DNA of 64,000 nucleotides. Origin: Azolla caroliniana (Eukaryota > Plantae > Polypodiophyta). This document shows positions 22,311-35,870 of this stretch, piece after piece. Every line of letters starts with the position of its first letter. Position 1 is the stretch's first letter. A program made the translations under genes and the position numbers. The stretch spans positions 434,001 through 498,000 of the forward strand of contig JBHGNT010000006.1 in NCBI GenBank assembly GCA_043228905.1, written 5' to 3'. The notes beneath the pieces were generated by a model. That model made no database searches. It was not told where the DNA came from and worked only from the letters and a program-made list of their open reading frames with translations.

Positions 22311-25300
22311 GAGATATCCTCCTACCGCCTCGTTTCACATCGGGTTCACCAAAGATGTCGCGTTGTTATGCGCGTGCGTGGAGAAAGGCGGGACTATGGG
22401 GGTCTTGGACTAGAGAGTGACGAAGCGTAGGAAGTCGTACTTCACCGTTTCCGGGGCATCCCAGAAGCACACCGGAGGCAACCGAAGAGAGAGAGAGAGA
22501 GAAAGAGAGGGAGCGCGCGCTTAACACCGACTCACGCATGCACACGCACGCACACACACACAGGCTGACCTGACTCACGCCCTTATGTAGAGGAAACGCA
22601 GGAAAGGGGAAGCACCTGACACCAACAGAGACGCGAATATACACAGACAGACACAAATGTATATATATAAGAGGAAGAATACATTCCCGGCTTCGAGCCG
22701 GACCAAGGTAGGTTACAGTAGTCGTCAGCTGCCAAGCCACCAGTCGGGGAGCTCACGAGCTTGTCGCGCCGAGGGGGGTCTTGCGCAGGAGACGAGCTGA
22801 AGCAAACCCTAAGCGAACACGAAGGGGGAGAAGGAGAAGAAGAAGAAGAAGAAATGTAACTAACCCTAAATCTAACGGTATACCCTCTAACGCAAAATGG
22901 GCAACCCCTTTCACAAAGGGTGCTCCCTTCCTTTTATAGAACAAGGAGAGGGATGCGTTACAATGTGGGATAAATCCCGACTTACATGGGATCGTCTGTC
23001 CCGACTTGACTACTCTTCGGCGCCATAAAGGTGCCCTCGTTATTCACACTAAATGTACATGGGTGAGCACACATGCTGCACCCCGCCGATGTAGCCAATG
23101 TTTCCCGGTTCCCGCCTCTGGCCGAAATCCTGTCAAACTGGTATCAGAGCAAGACGACATAGCAAAAGGACGATTCGTTGGGAGGTATGTTCAAGCTCAC
23201 CGGCTCCAACTATTCGGTGTGGAAGTCGAAGATGAGGGACATGCTCCTGGTTAAAGATCTTTGGTTGCCAGTTCAGTTCGGGGACAAGAGACCGGACAAA
23301 ATCGACGCCACGATATGGAAGGTGATGCACATGAAGACAACGGCCTACATACGGTGCTTCATCGACATGAGCCTATACAACAACTTCAATGAAGAGAGCA
23401 AGGCTCATGAGCTCTAGGAGAAGATCAGCATTATGTTTCAGAACAAAAATGTTGTTAATCGGGTCTCGGTATTCCGGAAGCTAGTAAGACTCCGGTACCA
23501 AGATGGCTCCAGCATGGCGGAAAACATGAATGCCTTCCAGGGGCTGATCCACCAAGCAACATCATTGGAAGTACCTCTCGCCGATGAGGTACTAGCGCTA
23601 CTCCTGCTCGGTTCCCTCCCGGATAGTTGGGAGACGCTGGTTGTCACTTTGGGCAACGCCGGGCTGGAAGGGAAACGGTTATCCCTAGCAAGAGTGAAGT
23701 CGAGCTTGCTAGATGAGGAAGCGGGTCAGAAAGATAAGGACACGAGCTCCGACTCCAACGCGCTCCTTACCGAATCGGAACACAGAAGACAAAGGAACTG
23801 TAGTCCCCAGAACCACGAGAAGTTGGGGACATGGTCAAAGTCAAGGGGGAGGCCTACCTGCTTCTATTGCGGAAAGCCAGGACACTTCCAGAAAAACTGT
23901 CGGCACTTCCGAAAAGACAAGGAAACCGACAGGACCGATTCGAAGCAAACACCGACCGGAACAGTAAAGACCGGAGAGGGCCGGACCGGAAGGGAACGAC
24001 CGCAATCGCGGCAAGTGAAGAAGAGTTGATGCGAGATGACTTGGGTGGTCAACTCCAGAGCGTCGTTCCACCTTACCCCGGACCGGAAATTCTTCTCATC
24101 CTACTCAGCCGGTGATCACAGTTGTGTCCAGATGGGGAATGAAGGTACATGCCGAATTGTCAGCATAGGAGACGTGTGGTTGACAACACCAACCGGATGC
24201 AAGATGCTGCTGAAGGATGTCCGACACGTTCCGGAGGTTTGTCTGAACCTGATATCAACGAGTCGGCTAGATGATGAAGGTTACACGGGTAGCATCCGGA
24301 ATAGTGTTATGACGTTCAGCAAAGGGAGCCTGATTGTGGCTCGGGCCCGGAAGGTCAACACGATGTACCTGATGAATGTCCGATTGTGCCCAGAGGAAGT
24401 GAACATGGCATCCGACATTGCCGGTGAGCTATGGCAGAAGAGGCTGTGTCACATGAGCGAGAAGGGGATGAAGAGGCTTGCAGACGACAACCTTATTCCA
24501 GTGAAGAACGTGCACTTGGAGAAGTGCACTGATTGTCTGGCCAGTAAGCAAAACCGGACCTCCTTCCGACCAAGGCCACCAATGAGACGTAATGCACCAC
24601 TGGAGTTGGTGCATACTGATGTGTGTCAAGTGGACACAAAGTCACATGCAGGATCGCAGTACTTCGTGACGTTCATAGATGACCACAACCGGAAGCTGTG
24701 GGCCACACCTTTGAAGACGAAGGATCAGGTGCTATCCTTCTTCAAAGAGCTCCACGCGAGAGTGGAAAGAGGAACCGGCCGGAAGCTGAAGGCAGTTCGA
24801 GCAGATAACGGAGGTGAATACCGGGGGCAGTTCGAGGAGTACTGTCGCTCGAAGGGAATCCGGCTTGAATTTACCGTGCCGAAGACACCTGAACTAAACG
24901 GGCTGGCCGAGAGGATGAACCGGACCATAATGGAGAGGGTCCGGAGTATGCTGGCGCATGCAAAAATACCCAAGAAATTTTGGGCTGAGGCACTGTCGAC
25001 GGCGACATATGTGATAAACAGATCACCCTCAGAACCCTTGGACGGAGACACGCCACAGAGAGTCTCGACCGGTAAGGAAGTGTCTACCGGCATCTGAAGG
25101 TATTCGGGTGTCTTGTGTACGTGCATGTAGCTAAGGACCAGAGAGGAAAGTTGGATCCAAAGACCCGGCCATGCATATTCCTCGGTTACGGTGACGATGA
25201 GTTCGGCTACCGAGTGTGGGATCCGGTTGACAAGAAGGCTTTCCGGAGTCGAGATATTATCTTCATGGAGGACAAGACTCTTGCCAACTGGGAATTGGAG

Positions 25301-28300
25301 AAGAAGATAATGAACTCCGAGTCGACCGGTAAGGATCGATTCTACGATGAGCAGACCCAACCGGCAAGAGACCGGTTAGCACACGAGGAACCAGCCGGTT
25401 ACGGTGAGGATACCGAACCGGCAGAAGAAGAAGTAGAGGAAGCTGAAACCGGAACCGGCCAAGACCCCGAATCGGATTCAGATGAAGAGCAAATGTAGGA
25501 GCCGGTTACCGAAGCCCAAAGACGGAGATATCCTCTCAGAGAGAGAAGGGCCCCCCGGAGAGTTCCAGATGCAGAGTATGTGCTGCTAACCGATGAGGGG
25601 GAGCCAGAAAAAATCGAAGAAGCGAAGGATCACACCCACAGCCGCAAATGGTTAAGTGCCATGCAGGATGAGCTAGATTCCCTGCATTGAGAACCATATG
25701 TACGAATTGGTGGAGTTGCCGAAAGGAAAGCGGGCACTCCGAAACAAGTGGGTGTACAAGTTGAAACCGGGAGATGCCGGCAACCCCCGAGATACAAAGC
25801 AAGGATCGTGGTGAAGGGGTTCCAACAGAAGAAGGGCGTGGACTTCGACGAGATATTTGCCCCGGTAGTAAAGATGACTTCCATCCGGACGGTGCTGAGT
25901 ATAGCGGCAAGCATGGATCTCGAGGTAGAGCAACTGGACGTGAAGACGGCATTCCTTCACAGTGACCTCAAAGAGGAGATCTACATGCAGCAACCAAAAG
26001 GATTCGTGAAGAAAGGGAAGGAGCACTTGGTTTGCCGGTTGAAAAAGAGCCTCTACGGGTTGAAGCAGGCCCTCCGGCAATGGTATCGGAAGTTCGACTC
26101 CTTCATGACCGATCAAGGGTGCCACAAGACGCAAGTCGATCACTGCATGTTTGGGAAGAAGTTCGAAGGAGGCGACTTCCTGATACTCGTTCTGTACGTG
26201 GACGACATGTTGATCGTCGGACGGGACCAAACCAAAATACGGATGCTGAAGAAGGCTCTCAACAGGACCTTCTCAATGAAAGACTTGGGTCCCGCAAGAA
26301 AGATGTTGGGGATGCATATCATCCGGAACTAGCCAACGAAGCAGTTGTGGCTGTCACAGGAGAAATACGTGACAAAGGTGCTTCAGCGGTTCAACATGTT
26401 AGAAGCAAAACCGGTCGGATCGACACTTCCGGCAAACTGTAGGTTATCCGGTAAGCAAAGCCCGAAGACGAAAGCAGAGAAGGTGGATATGATGAAGGTT
26501 CCATATGCCTCTACTGTCGAGAGCTTAATGTACGCAATGGTGTGTACTCGACCGGATATTGGATACGCAGTCAGAGTGGTGAGCCGGTTCATTAGCAATC
26601 CCGCCAAGGAGCACTGGAATGCAGTCAAATGGATACTCCGGTACTTGAACGGCACTTCAAATATGTGTCTCCGATTCGGCTCCGGAAAACCTCAACTTGA
26701 CGGTTTTACCGATTCGGACATGTCGGCTAATGTGGATACCAGCCGGTCTACATCCGGGTATGTAATGACATACGCAGGGGGAGTTGTTTCATGGCAGTCA
26801 AGGCTACAGAAGACGGTTGCGTTGTCAACCACGGAGGCGAAGTACATGGCGGCTATGGAAGCCGGCAAGGAAATATTATGGATGAAGGACTTCATCGGAG
26901 AGCTTGGTATGTAATGTAATGACATACGCAGGGGGAGCTGTTTCATGGCAGTCAAGGCTACAGAAGATGGTTGCGTTGTCAACCACGGACTACCATGAAA
27001 TGACATACGCAGGGGGAGCTGTTTCATGGCAATAAAGGCTACAGAAGACGGTTGCGTTGTCAACCACGGAGGCGGAGTACATGGCGGCAATGGAAGTCGG
27101 GGACACGGTCAAAGTCAAGGGGGAGGCCTACCTGCTTCTACAGCGGCAAGTAGGGACACTTCCCGAAGAACTGTCGGCACTTCCGAAAAGACAAGGAAAC
27201 CGACAGTACCGATTCGAAGCGGACACCGGACTGGAATGGTAAAGACCGGAGGGGGCCGGACCGAAAGGGAACGACGTCAATCGCGGCAAGTGAAGAAGAG
27301 TTGATGCTCATCACCGAGGAGAGTGAGCTAAACCTTGCCAGGCGACGAGATGACCTGGGTGGTCGACTCCGGAGTGTCGTTCCACCTTACCCCGGACCGG
27401 AAATGCTTCTCATCCTACTCAGCCGGTGATCACGGATGTGTCCGGATGGGGAATGAAGGTACATGCCGAATTGTCGGCATAGGAGACGTGTGGTTGACCA
27501 CACCAACTAGATGCAAGCTGCTGCTAAAGGATGTCTGACACGTTCCGGAGGTTCGTCTGAACCTGATATCAGTCGGTCGGCTAGATGATGAAGGCCACAC
27601 GGGTAGCATCCAGAACGGTGTTATGAAGTTCAGCAAAGGGATCCTGATTGTGGCTCGGGCCAGGAAAGTAAACACGTTGTACCAGATGAATGCCCGAAAG
27701 AAGTGAACATGGTTTCCGACACTGCCGGTGAGCTGTGGCACAAGAGGATGTGTCACATGAGCGAGAAGGGGATGAAGAGGCTTGCGGACGACAACCTCAT
27801 TCTAGTGAAGAACGTGCACTTGGAGAAGTGCACTGATTGTCTGGCTGGTAAACAAAACCGGACCTCCTTCCAATCGAGGCCACCGATGAGACGTAATGCA
27901 CCACTGGAGTTGGTGCATACTAATGTATGTCAAGTGGACACGAAGTCACATGCCGGATCGAAGTACTTCGTGACGTTCATAGATGACCACAGCCGGAAGC
28001 TGTGGGCCACACCGTTGAAGAGGAAGGATCAGGTGCTATCCGTCTTCAAAGAGCTCCACACGAGAGTGGAAAGAGAAACCGGCCGGAAGCTGAAGGCGGT
28101 TCGAGCAGATAACGGAGGTGAATACCGGGGGCAGTTCGAGGAATACTGTCGCTCGAAGGGAATCCGGCTCAAATTTACTGTGCCGAAGACGCCGGAACTA
28201 AACGGCCTGGCCGAGAGGATAAACCAAACCATAATGGAGAGGGTCCGGAGTATGCTGGCGCATGCAAAATTACCCAAATGTTTTGGGCTGAGGCGTTGTC

Positions 28301-29270
28301 GACAACGACGTATGTGATAAACAGATCACCCTCAATGCCCTTGGATGGAGACACACCGCAGAAGGTGTGGACCGGTAAGGAAGTGTCCTACCGGCATCTA
28401 AAGGTGTCCGGGTGTCTCGCGTACGTGCATGTTTCTAAGGACCGGAGAGGAAAATTGGATCCAAAGACCCAGCCATGCATATTCCTCGAATACGGCGATG
28501 ATGAGTTCGGCTACCGAGTGTGGGATCTGGTTGACAAGAAGGCTTTCCGTAGTCGAGATATTATCTTCATGGAGGACAAGACTCTTGCCGACTGGGAGTC
28601 GGAGAAGAAGATAATGAACTCCAATGAGATTCGGAGACACCCGGCTAAGAGCCGGTTGACACTAGAGGAACCAGCCAGTTAAGGTGAGAATACCGAACCG
28701 GCAGAAGAAGAAGTAGAGGAAGCTAAAATCGGAACCGGCCAAGACCCCGAATCGGATTCGGATGAAGAACAAATAATGGAGCCGGTTGCCAAATGACAAA
28801 GACGGAGATATCCTCTCAGAGAGAGAAGGGCCCCCCAGAGATTTCCGGATGTAGAGCATGTGTTGCTGACCGATGAGGGAGAGCCGAAAACCTTCGAAGA
28901 AGCGAAGGATGACACCCACAGCCGCAAATGGTTAAGTGCCATGCAGGATGAGATGGATTCCCTACATGAGAACCATACGTACAAATTGGTGGAGTTGCCA
29001 AAAGTAAAGCGGGCACTCCGAAACAAGTGGATGTACAAGTTAAAACCGGGAGATGCCGGCAACCCCCCGAGATACAAAGCCAGGATCGTGGTGAAGGGGT
29101 TCCAACAGAAGAAGGGCGTGGACTTCGACGAGATATTTGCCCCGGTAGTAAAGATGACCTCCATTCGGACGGTGTTGAGTATAGCGGCAAGCATGGACCT
29201 CGAGGTAGAGCAGCTGGACGTGAAGACGGCATTCCTTCACGGTGACCTCGAAGAGGAGATCTACATGCAT

Positions 29271-32200
29271 CGGGACGAAAGATCAAGTGCTTGTGGTCGG
29301 ATGGCGGAAAAGAGTACTTTTCCAGTCAATTCAACGGTTATCTACAACAAATGGGAATTCAGTGTGAATTTAGTTGTAGATACATGCCGGAGCAGAACCG
29401 CGTGGCTGAGAGGAAGAATCGGTCAGTTGTGAAAGCGGCACGGGCAATGGTGGAGGAGAAGAGCTTGCCCAAGTTCTACTGGGCCGAAGCAGTAAGGACC
29501 GCGGTATATATCCAGAACCGGATCGGAGACAAAGTGTCGGCGCACGAGCTATATTTCGGAACGAAGCCGAACTTGCGACACTTGAGGGTGTTCGGTAGCA
29601 TTGCGTATGTGCATATACCGAAGGAGAAAAGGAGGAAGCTGGATGCAAAGGCCGAGAAATGCATCTTGGTCGGTTACTCGGACGAGCAGAAGGGTTATAA
29701 ATGCTATAACCCTCGCACCAAACAAGCGCGTGTCAGTCGCGACGTTGTGTTCGACAAGTCTGCGTCCTAGTACCTGCCCCCGACTCTGAACCCTGGCCCC
29801 AATCCGAGCTCTGACGATGAGGTCAGCGAGGCCGAGATGCCTCCGGATGAGCCCGAAATCGAGACCCGCGAAGAGAGTCCGATTTCACTCCGTTTAAGTG
29901 GACCGACTGGACGACTGAGTCGGTACGACCAGTCCGATGAAGAGTCAGCGAGTAGTGGAGACTCGGCCGTGCATTCCCCCCACAGGAAGCCGAGGAGACG
30001 GCTTACGCGTAAAGAGAAAGGGAAGAAGAAGGTGTCAAATTCCAGCACGGATAGGAACGAGTCAGACCAACGCGAGTCCGACTCCGAGGGAACCGGTGAC
30101 GGATCTTTAAAGGTGAAAACCGCGTCGACCGAGAAGGCCTTGACATTGGCTAATGCGAGATTACGCCGATCTACCCGCCAGAAGAATCCTGTTTTGCGGT
30201 TCAGATACAACGAGTACATGGCGCATCATTATGCGTACATGACCCATGTAGCGGAAGTGCGTGAGCCGGAGAGCTATGCAGAAGCGGCTAAAGACGCGAC
30301 TTGGCGTGCAGCGATGGAGGAAGAGATGCACGCATTGGCGGAGAACGAGACCTGGGACCTGGTTGACGCACCAACAGGGGTAAAACCGATCGGGTGTAGG
30401 TGGGTGTACAAGGTCAAGTACAACACCGATGGCTCCGTCAACCGGTACAAGGCTCGGCTAGTGGCAAAGGGCTACATGCAGAAACACAGCATCGACTACG
30501 ATGAGACGTTTGCGCCGGTCGCGAAAATGACGACCGTCCGTGTTTTGCTCGCAGTAGCTGCGGCGAAGGGGTGGCACCTACATCAAATGGATGTCAAGAA
30601 TGCGTTCCTGCAAGGTGACCTTGAGGAACAAGTGTACATGGTACAGCCCCCCGGATTTCATTCCGGAACGAACTCCTCGGCAGTATGCCGACTGAAGAAG
30701 TCCCTTTACGGACTGAAGCAAGCCCCGCGTGCCTAGAACGTGAAGATCACGCAACAACTGCGTCAGATGGGCTTCGTCACGTCAAAATCGGACTCTTCCC
30801 TGTTCATTCGGAAAGGTCGACTCGGACCGGTTAGTATTCTACTATATGTCGATGACTTGGTCATCACCGGCGCCGACCTAGGTGAAATCGACCGCGTGAA
30901 GCTCCAGCTTGCGGCATCGTTCGACATGAAGGATCTGGGGGACCTTCATTACTTCCTCGGGATCGAAGTGATCCGTACCCCCGAAGGCATATTGATCAGC
31001 CAACGTCATTATGTGTTGGGTATGCTCTTCAAACTCGGGATGGCCGACTGTAAGTCCGTCTCGACTCCTCTAGACAGAACCATCAAGCTTCATCCCGATA
31101 CGGGAAAGGTATGCGACCCGACGAGGTTCCGACAAATTGTCGGAAGCCTCATATACTTGACCATCACCCGACCCGACCTCAGTTATCCGGTCGGAGTGAT
31201 CAGTCAGTTCATGGCGCGACCTATCGAGGAGCACCTTCAGTGTGCGCAATGCATACTTCGGTATGTCAACGGCACTAAGGACCGGGGACTGCTATATCAG
31301 ACCGGTGCAGCCGTGCAGTTAGTCGGCTACACCGATGCTGATTGGGCTGGCAACGCCCCCGATTGCCAATCCACGTATGGATACGCGTTCTCCGTCGGGA
31401 GTGCCGCGATCGCGTGGAGCAGCGACAGTTGCACTGTCGAGCACCGAAGCTGAGTACCGAGGAGCGGCTGTCGCGACATGCGAAGCCATATGGTTGAAGC
31501 GGCTACTTAAGGACCTGCAAGAGGAGGTGTCCGATCCAACGACGATCTACTACAACAATCTCAGCAACATCCAACTCGCGAAGAACCCCGTCTTCCACGC
31601 ACGGACCAAGCACATTGAGGTGCACTACCAATTCGTCCGTGAGCGTGTCCTTTCCGGTGAAGTCGAACTTCAGTACGTTCCGACGGATCGACAGACTGCC
31701 GACATCTTCACCAAGCCTCTTGGTCTAGACAAGTTGCGGCAATTCTCAGGTGCACTCGGATTGCGTCACCTCGACGTGCCAAACTTGAGGGGGAGAACAG
31801 TCCCGAACGACCAAGCAAGGCAGCAGGAAAGGAGCGGAGATCGCGACACCACCGAGTCGGTTGACTCGGTTGTCGAGTTCGACTTCGGATCGGCTGAAGA
31901 AGCCGAGGGCGGACCCGTGGAAAAGTTCGGAAGAGGACAGAAGGGGAGCAACCGAAGGAGAGAGCCGAAGCCAACCACACATGGGGAAGATGACGCCACC
32001 GAGGGCGAGAAGACCGAAGACGAGTTGGAGACAGCCAACTCGAACGAGAGCGAAAACCGATCGGGTGTAGCCGAGTCGGTTAGGATGTTTGATTAAGACA
32101 CGCTGAATCAACCGAGGCCCAAGCGGAAGAAAAGGCAGCAGGAGAAGCGTCAACACCGCAACAACAAAAGAGTTGATAAGGGCTGCATGAGCAGACAAGC

Positions 32201-32720
32201 CGACCGGAAGGGTCGAAGCGCGCGGAGTCGAACAGGTCGAGGAGCGCGAGCGAGGCGTGAAGCCAGGAGGAACCGGAGCTGTGAGCCCGAGGATCCCGAA
32301 GAGCCTCGAGTTGAGCTTGAGGGGGAGTGTTGAGAGACAAGCTCAACATCGGCCGGATCGGCTGAAGAAGCCGAGGACCGGATCGGTTGGGACCGATTGG
32401 TTAGGCCAAGTGCGTAAACCGGGAGGCCGTTAGGAAAGATATTCCGTGAGGAATATATTTGGGAGTTAGTGTAGGAGCTCTTAATGAGCATTGAAGTACG
32501 GTCAGTACTTCGGTCAGTCCTTCGAGGACTTGTATAAAAGTGTTCATGGAACACACATGTGAGTAGAGTAGTGAATCGAGATCTTTTGTTGTTGAATATA
32601 GTTCTTCTTTCTCTCTCTGTCTCTCCTGCGTATACAGCGTAAGCTCAAGCTCTCCATTAAACCTGAGTTTTCTATCTTCTGTTCGGTTTTCATACTTGCT
32701 TCCGCACGCTACTTTCTACA
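29271..32720 (+). mobile_element. Copia family C, 5'-truncated: integrase C-terminus, RT, RNase H, PPT and 3' LTR (32328-32720)
   Basis: [47 protein letters not shown] and ADIFTKPL motifs. PPT GAGGGGGAG at 32319-32327. LTR TGTTG..CTACA. Confidence 0.9.
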
Positions 32721-33362
32721 TATTGCATAGCATTGCCTGAAAGCTCTAAAAGATCATCCACACCCCATTTTCTAAACCATTTCTTTATGTCAACAACCCA
32801 ACAAGATGAGAGAATCTTACTTTTATGATTCTTTTGTAGCTTACATCCAACATTCCAAGAAAGATGTGGTAATCGATGATTCGGCATATTCTTGACTTTT
32901 GTAATGTATTTATATACTCTTTTGAGTGCCAATAGTTCTATGGGTGGAACACCCGTTTCCAAGAGCATAACCTGGTAAGAGGTAGTGCATTTAACTCTTA
33001 ATTGCCTCCTTAAAAACATCTTTTGAATTTTCTCAATCTCGTTCCATGCATTGAGAGATATGGGGCCACCCCATACTTCTACTCCATAATGCAATACTTG
33101 AGTTACCATGGCATTGAACAACATTAATTTTACTTCCCATCCACAAGTATCACTTTGGTTGCATTGGTTCTCCAAAAGGTAATATGATTCCAACCGGCTT
33201 GGAGTCTAGAATCAAAGCATGCACTCCATTTATTTGTGGCGGGTACATCAATACCAAGATATTTAAAGCTTTGAACAAATTGTATATGTTCACCTTTATA
33301 TGTGAGCATAGGGTAATGATGAGGTTGGATGGTTTCCACTACCATCATTTTTGTTTTCTAAT
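32721..33362 (-). mobile_element. 5' part of the same LINE as 16331-16915
   Basis: FKYLG (RT domain end), FNAMV..VLHYGVEVWG..IEKIQKMFLR. The frame ..SGNAMQY|VMIEERL is continuous across the 16916-32720 insertion when compared with the intact copy at 56930-56980. Confidence 0.85.
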
Positions 33363-33870
33363 TGTAGCAGTGGCTACAATTGTAAATAGCCTATATAGTG
33401 TATAAGTATGAATATACTTAGGGCAAAACATTGATGTATGTGTGTAGAACAGAAGTAGCGTGAGAGCGTGTGAGATAGAGAGTGAGTGAGAGCGACGCCA
33501 TAGTTGTGTGCATAACAGCAAACGCCAAGAGCCCTGCGTGGCTGATACACTCGAAGGAGTGTTGTAACATTCTGTGTTGTATATCCACTATACATAGTGA
33601 AGCTCTGTTCCCATGGTTTTCTCCCGTTTTAGGGTTTCCACGTTAAATCTCTATGCACCATTGTTGTCTTGTTTTCTGGCATATCTATGATTCGTATTTC
33701 AGCATAGTTCGTTTATTGTGATTTGACCGAACGATTCCTCAACAGTTGTTGCCAATGTCATTACCTCTCTTGGTGAGTGAACCCAACAATATGTTCTAAG
33801 GGTTCGATGGTGGTCGAAACATCAACATAGCGGGTTCCATGCTTTGGAAGTGGGTGTGGTCTAAAAGGGG

Positions 33871-34347
33871 GTTTAGGGTTTCTAAATTTGCCCCACATAC
33901 CATAAGTTGTGTGGTTGTCTTGATGCTTCAAGCATTGCAAATTAAGCATGCTTGAGCTACTAGGATGGGCCAAGCAAGGGCGGTTCTATACAACATGTCG
34001 TTATTGATATAGTGGACATACTTTGCATTTGAGTGATATGCTGACACACACTCCTTGTAAGGCCATAAGGCACCAACCTTGAACCTTAAAGCTTGTATGA
34101 GTGTGTAATTGTGAGCGTGAGTGTGTGTATTGAGTGAGTGAATGAGTGACTATATATGTGTGTGTTATAAGAAATGTCACTTTAACTATAATTTTAATTT
34201 TTAGGAGTGGTGATTTCATTTTGCCTATTTTCTTGAATTACATTTAGTTTTAGGGTTTAGGCTCAAGCACGCTTAACTTGCAATGCTTGAAGCATCAAGA
34301 CAACCACAAAACTCATGGCGTGTGGGGCAGCTGTGTAAACCCTAAAC
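33871..34347. mobile_element. MITE-like element with ~87-bp imperfect terminal inverted repeats
   Basis: 33871-33957 (gtttagggttt..gtggttgtcttgatgcttcaagcattgcaa..ttaagc.tgcttgagc) is the reverse complement of 34261-34347. Confidence 0.7.
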
Positions 34348-35144
34348 ACTATATTCCTTAGTACTAAATTTCCAACCAAAAGTTGGTACATCATATATCT
34401 TCCTATCATCATTCAAGTCATATTAGTATGGCCCGTTTGGATAAAAAATGGTAGTCTATAAGTGCCATATTTATGGTAGTGTATACCTTTAATTCTCTCC
34501 TTTTTCATTCGCCTAGGTTCAAAACTTATACTTCTTCACTTCCTCTTGCTTTACGCATACAAATAAATATCATTAATTTATTGTTGCTATCATTTTAAAT
34601 AGGTTATTGATATTTAGTTGATTTGCAGGGAATACAATGTTAAATGGCAATTGATTTGCTTTATTATGTTGTAAATATATTTATTTATCATAAATTTTGT
34701 GACGGTAATACTAGTATTTACAACTTGTAATCAAGTGAAAACAAATAGATTACTGTAGCAACCAAAATAAAGGGGTTATGGCTCCAAGGTTACTCGTGCG
34801 AGTAGGATAATAGGATAACGATGTATTTGTATGTTAGAAAAGGACATGTTGGATTACATGCACATAAGATAAAGGGTAACTTGTACTTTCTGTAATGATT
34901 GTTTTAGGAACAACTATGAGCCAATAAAGTGATCTCAATGTGCACTCAATAGTAATCTCTAGAAAAGGAAAGAGAAACAAGTTTGTTAATGAAGCTTGAT
35001 ATAAAGCTTATAATTGGTACGACCAAAAAGCAAAGCCAACACTCCTAATAAGTCACAAACTCAGTGGTCTAATGTTGGTCCAATATATTCAAAGATAGTT
35101 CAATGTATGTAAGTGAAGTAATTCTGATAGAGAATGACCATTCT

Positions 35145-35835
35145 CTAAGTGTGGCCATTGGATCCCTTAGATGTTTTTGATGAGGCATGTTGATTATGAG
35201 ATTCGTATATCTCAATGGGCCGGACATCTTGGAGCATTTTGACAACTTCAAAAATGGAGGGTCGCTTGTCAGGTAAAGGAGCAACACATTCCATAGCAAT
35301 CCGAAGGGTTTGGACCATCTCTTCTTCAATGTTTTGATGTCTCATGAGCTCCAAATCAAACACCTCTGCAGTCCATTGTTCTCTAACAACAGACTGTACC
35401 CATCTTGGTAGATCAATTCCCCCTTCATTTGATGTATGAGTGGGTAGCTTTCCGGTTAAAATCTCTAAAAGCAAGACACCGAAACTGTAGACATCAGCTT
35501 TTTGAGTAACCATCCTTGCATCTTGAACCTCGGGTGCCTTGTACCCCATTGCTCTGGACACAATTGGACTAGATGATCCATAAAGTGGAGATAGCGCAAA
35601 GTCTGAAAGTTTTGCTTCGTTATTACTTGATAAGACCACATTGGAGGACTTGATGTTCCCATGGACGAGCTTGTTGCCGCCAAATTCATGTTGGTGTAAG
35701 AAAGCTATCCCCCTTGCACACCCAATTGCGATTTTCATTCGTGTATCCCAATCCAAGGTGGTGGTGGCAACGTCTTTCCTTCCTAGAGACATCACGGCAG
35801 GCATGATCATGGAGTTGGAGTTTACATGAGAATGA

Positions 35836-35870
<35 letters not shown>

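Larger units (their letters stand above)
18624..23065 (-). mobile_element. Gag-only, non-autonomous gypsy-like LTR element inserted in the copia B LTR
   Basis: LTR 18624-20365 with TGTCG..CGACA termini. Minus-strand PPT TGGGGGTGAA at 20366-20375. ORF 20430-22310. Minus-strand PBS-like TGGTGAACCCG at ~22341-22351. A second LTR-like segment starts TGTCGCG at 22357; its right boundary is uncertain. Confidence 0.65.
17939..29270 (+). mobile_element. Second copia family B element: interrupted 5' LTR (17939-18623 + ~23066-23135), PBS 23139-23150, gag-pol pseudogene 23178-26914 and a second diverged pol copy ~27100-29270
   Basis: LTR homologous to 16916-17571. CFYCGKPGHFQKNC, integrase, RT (YVDDM) and RNase H motifs. 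23825-25990 is repeated with divergence at 27100-29270. No family B 3' LTR is present. Confidence 0.85.
10376..33744 (+). mobile_element. Ty1/copia LTR retrotransposon (family A), full span including nested insertions in its 3' LTR
   Basis: 5' LTR 10376-10932. PBS TGGTATCAGAGC (initiator tRNA-Met type) 10936-10947. PPT GAAGGGGGAG ~16137-16146. 3' LTR split into 16149-16330 and ~33363-33744. TSD GTTGT at 10371-10375 and 33745-33749. Confidence 0.92.
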
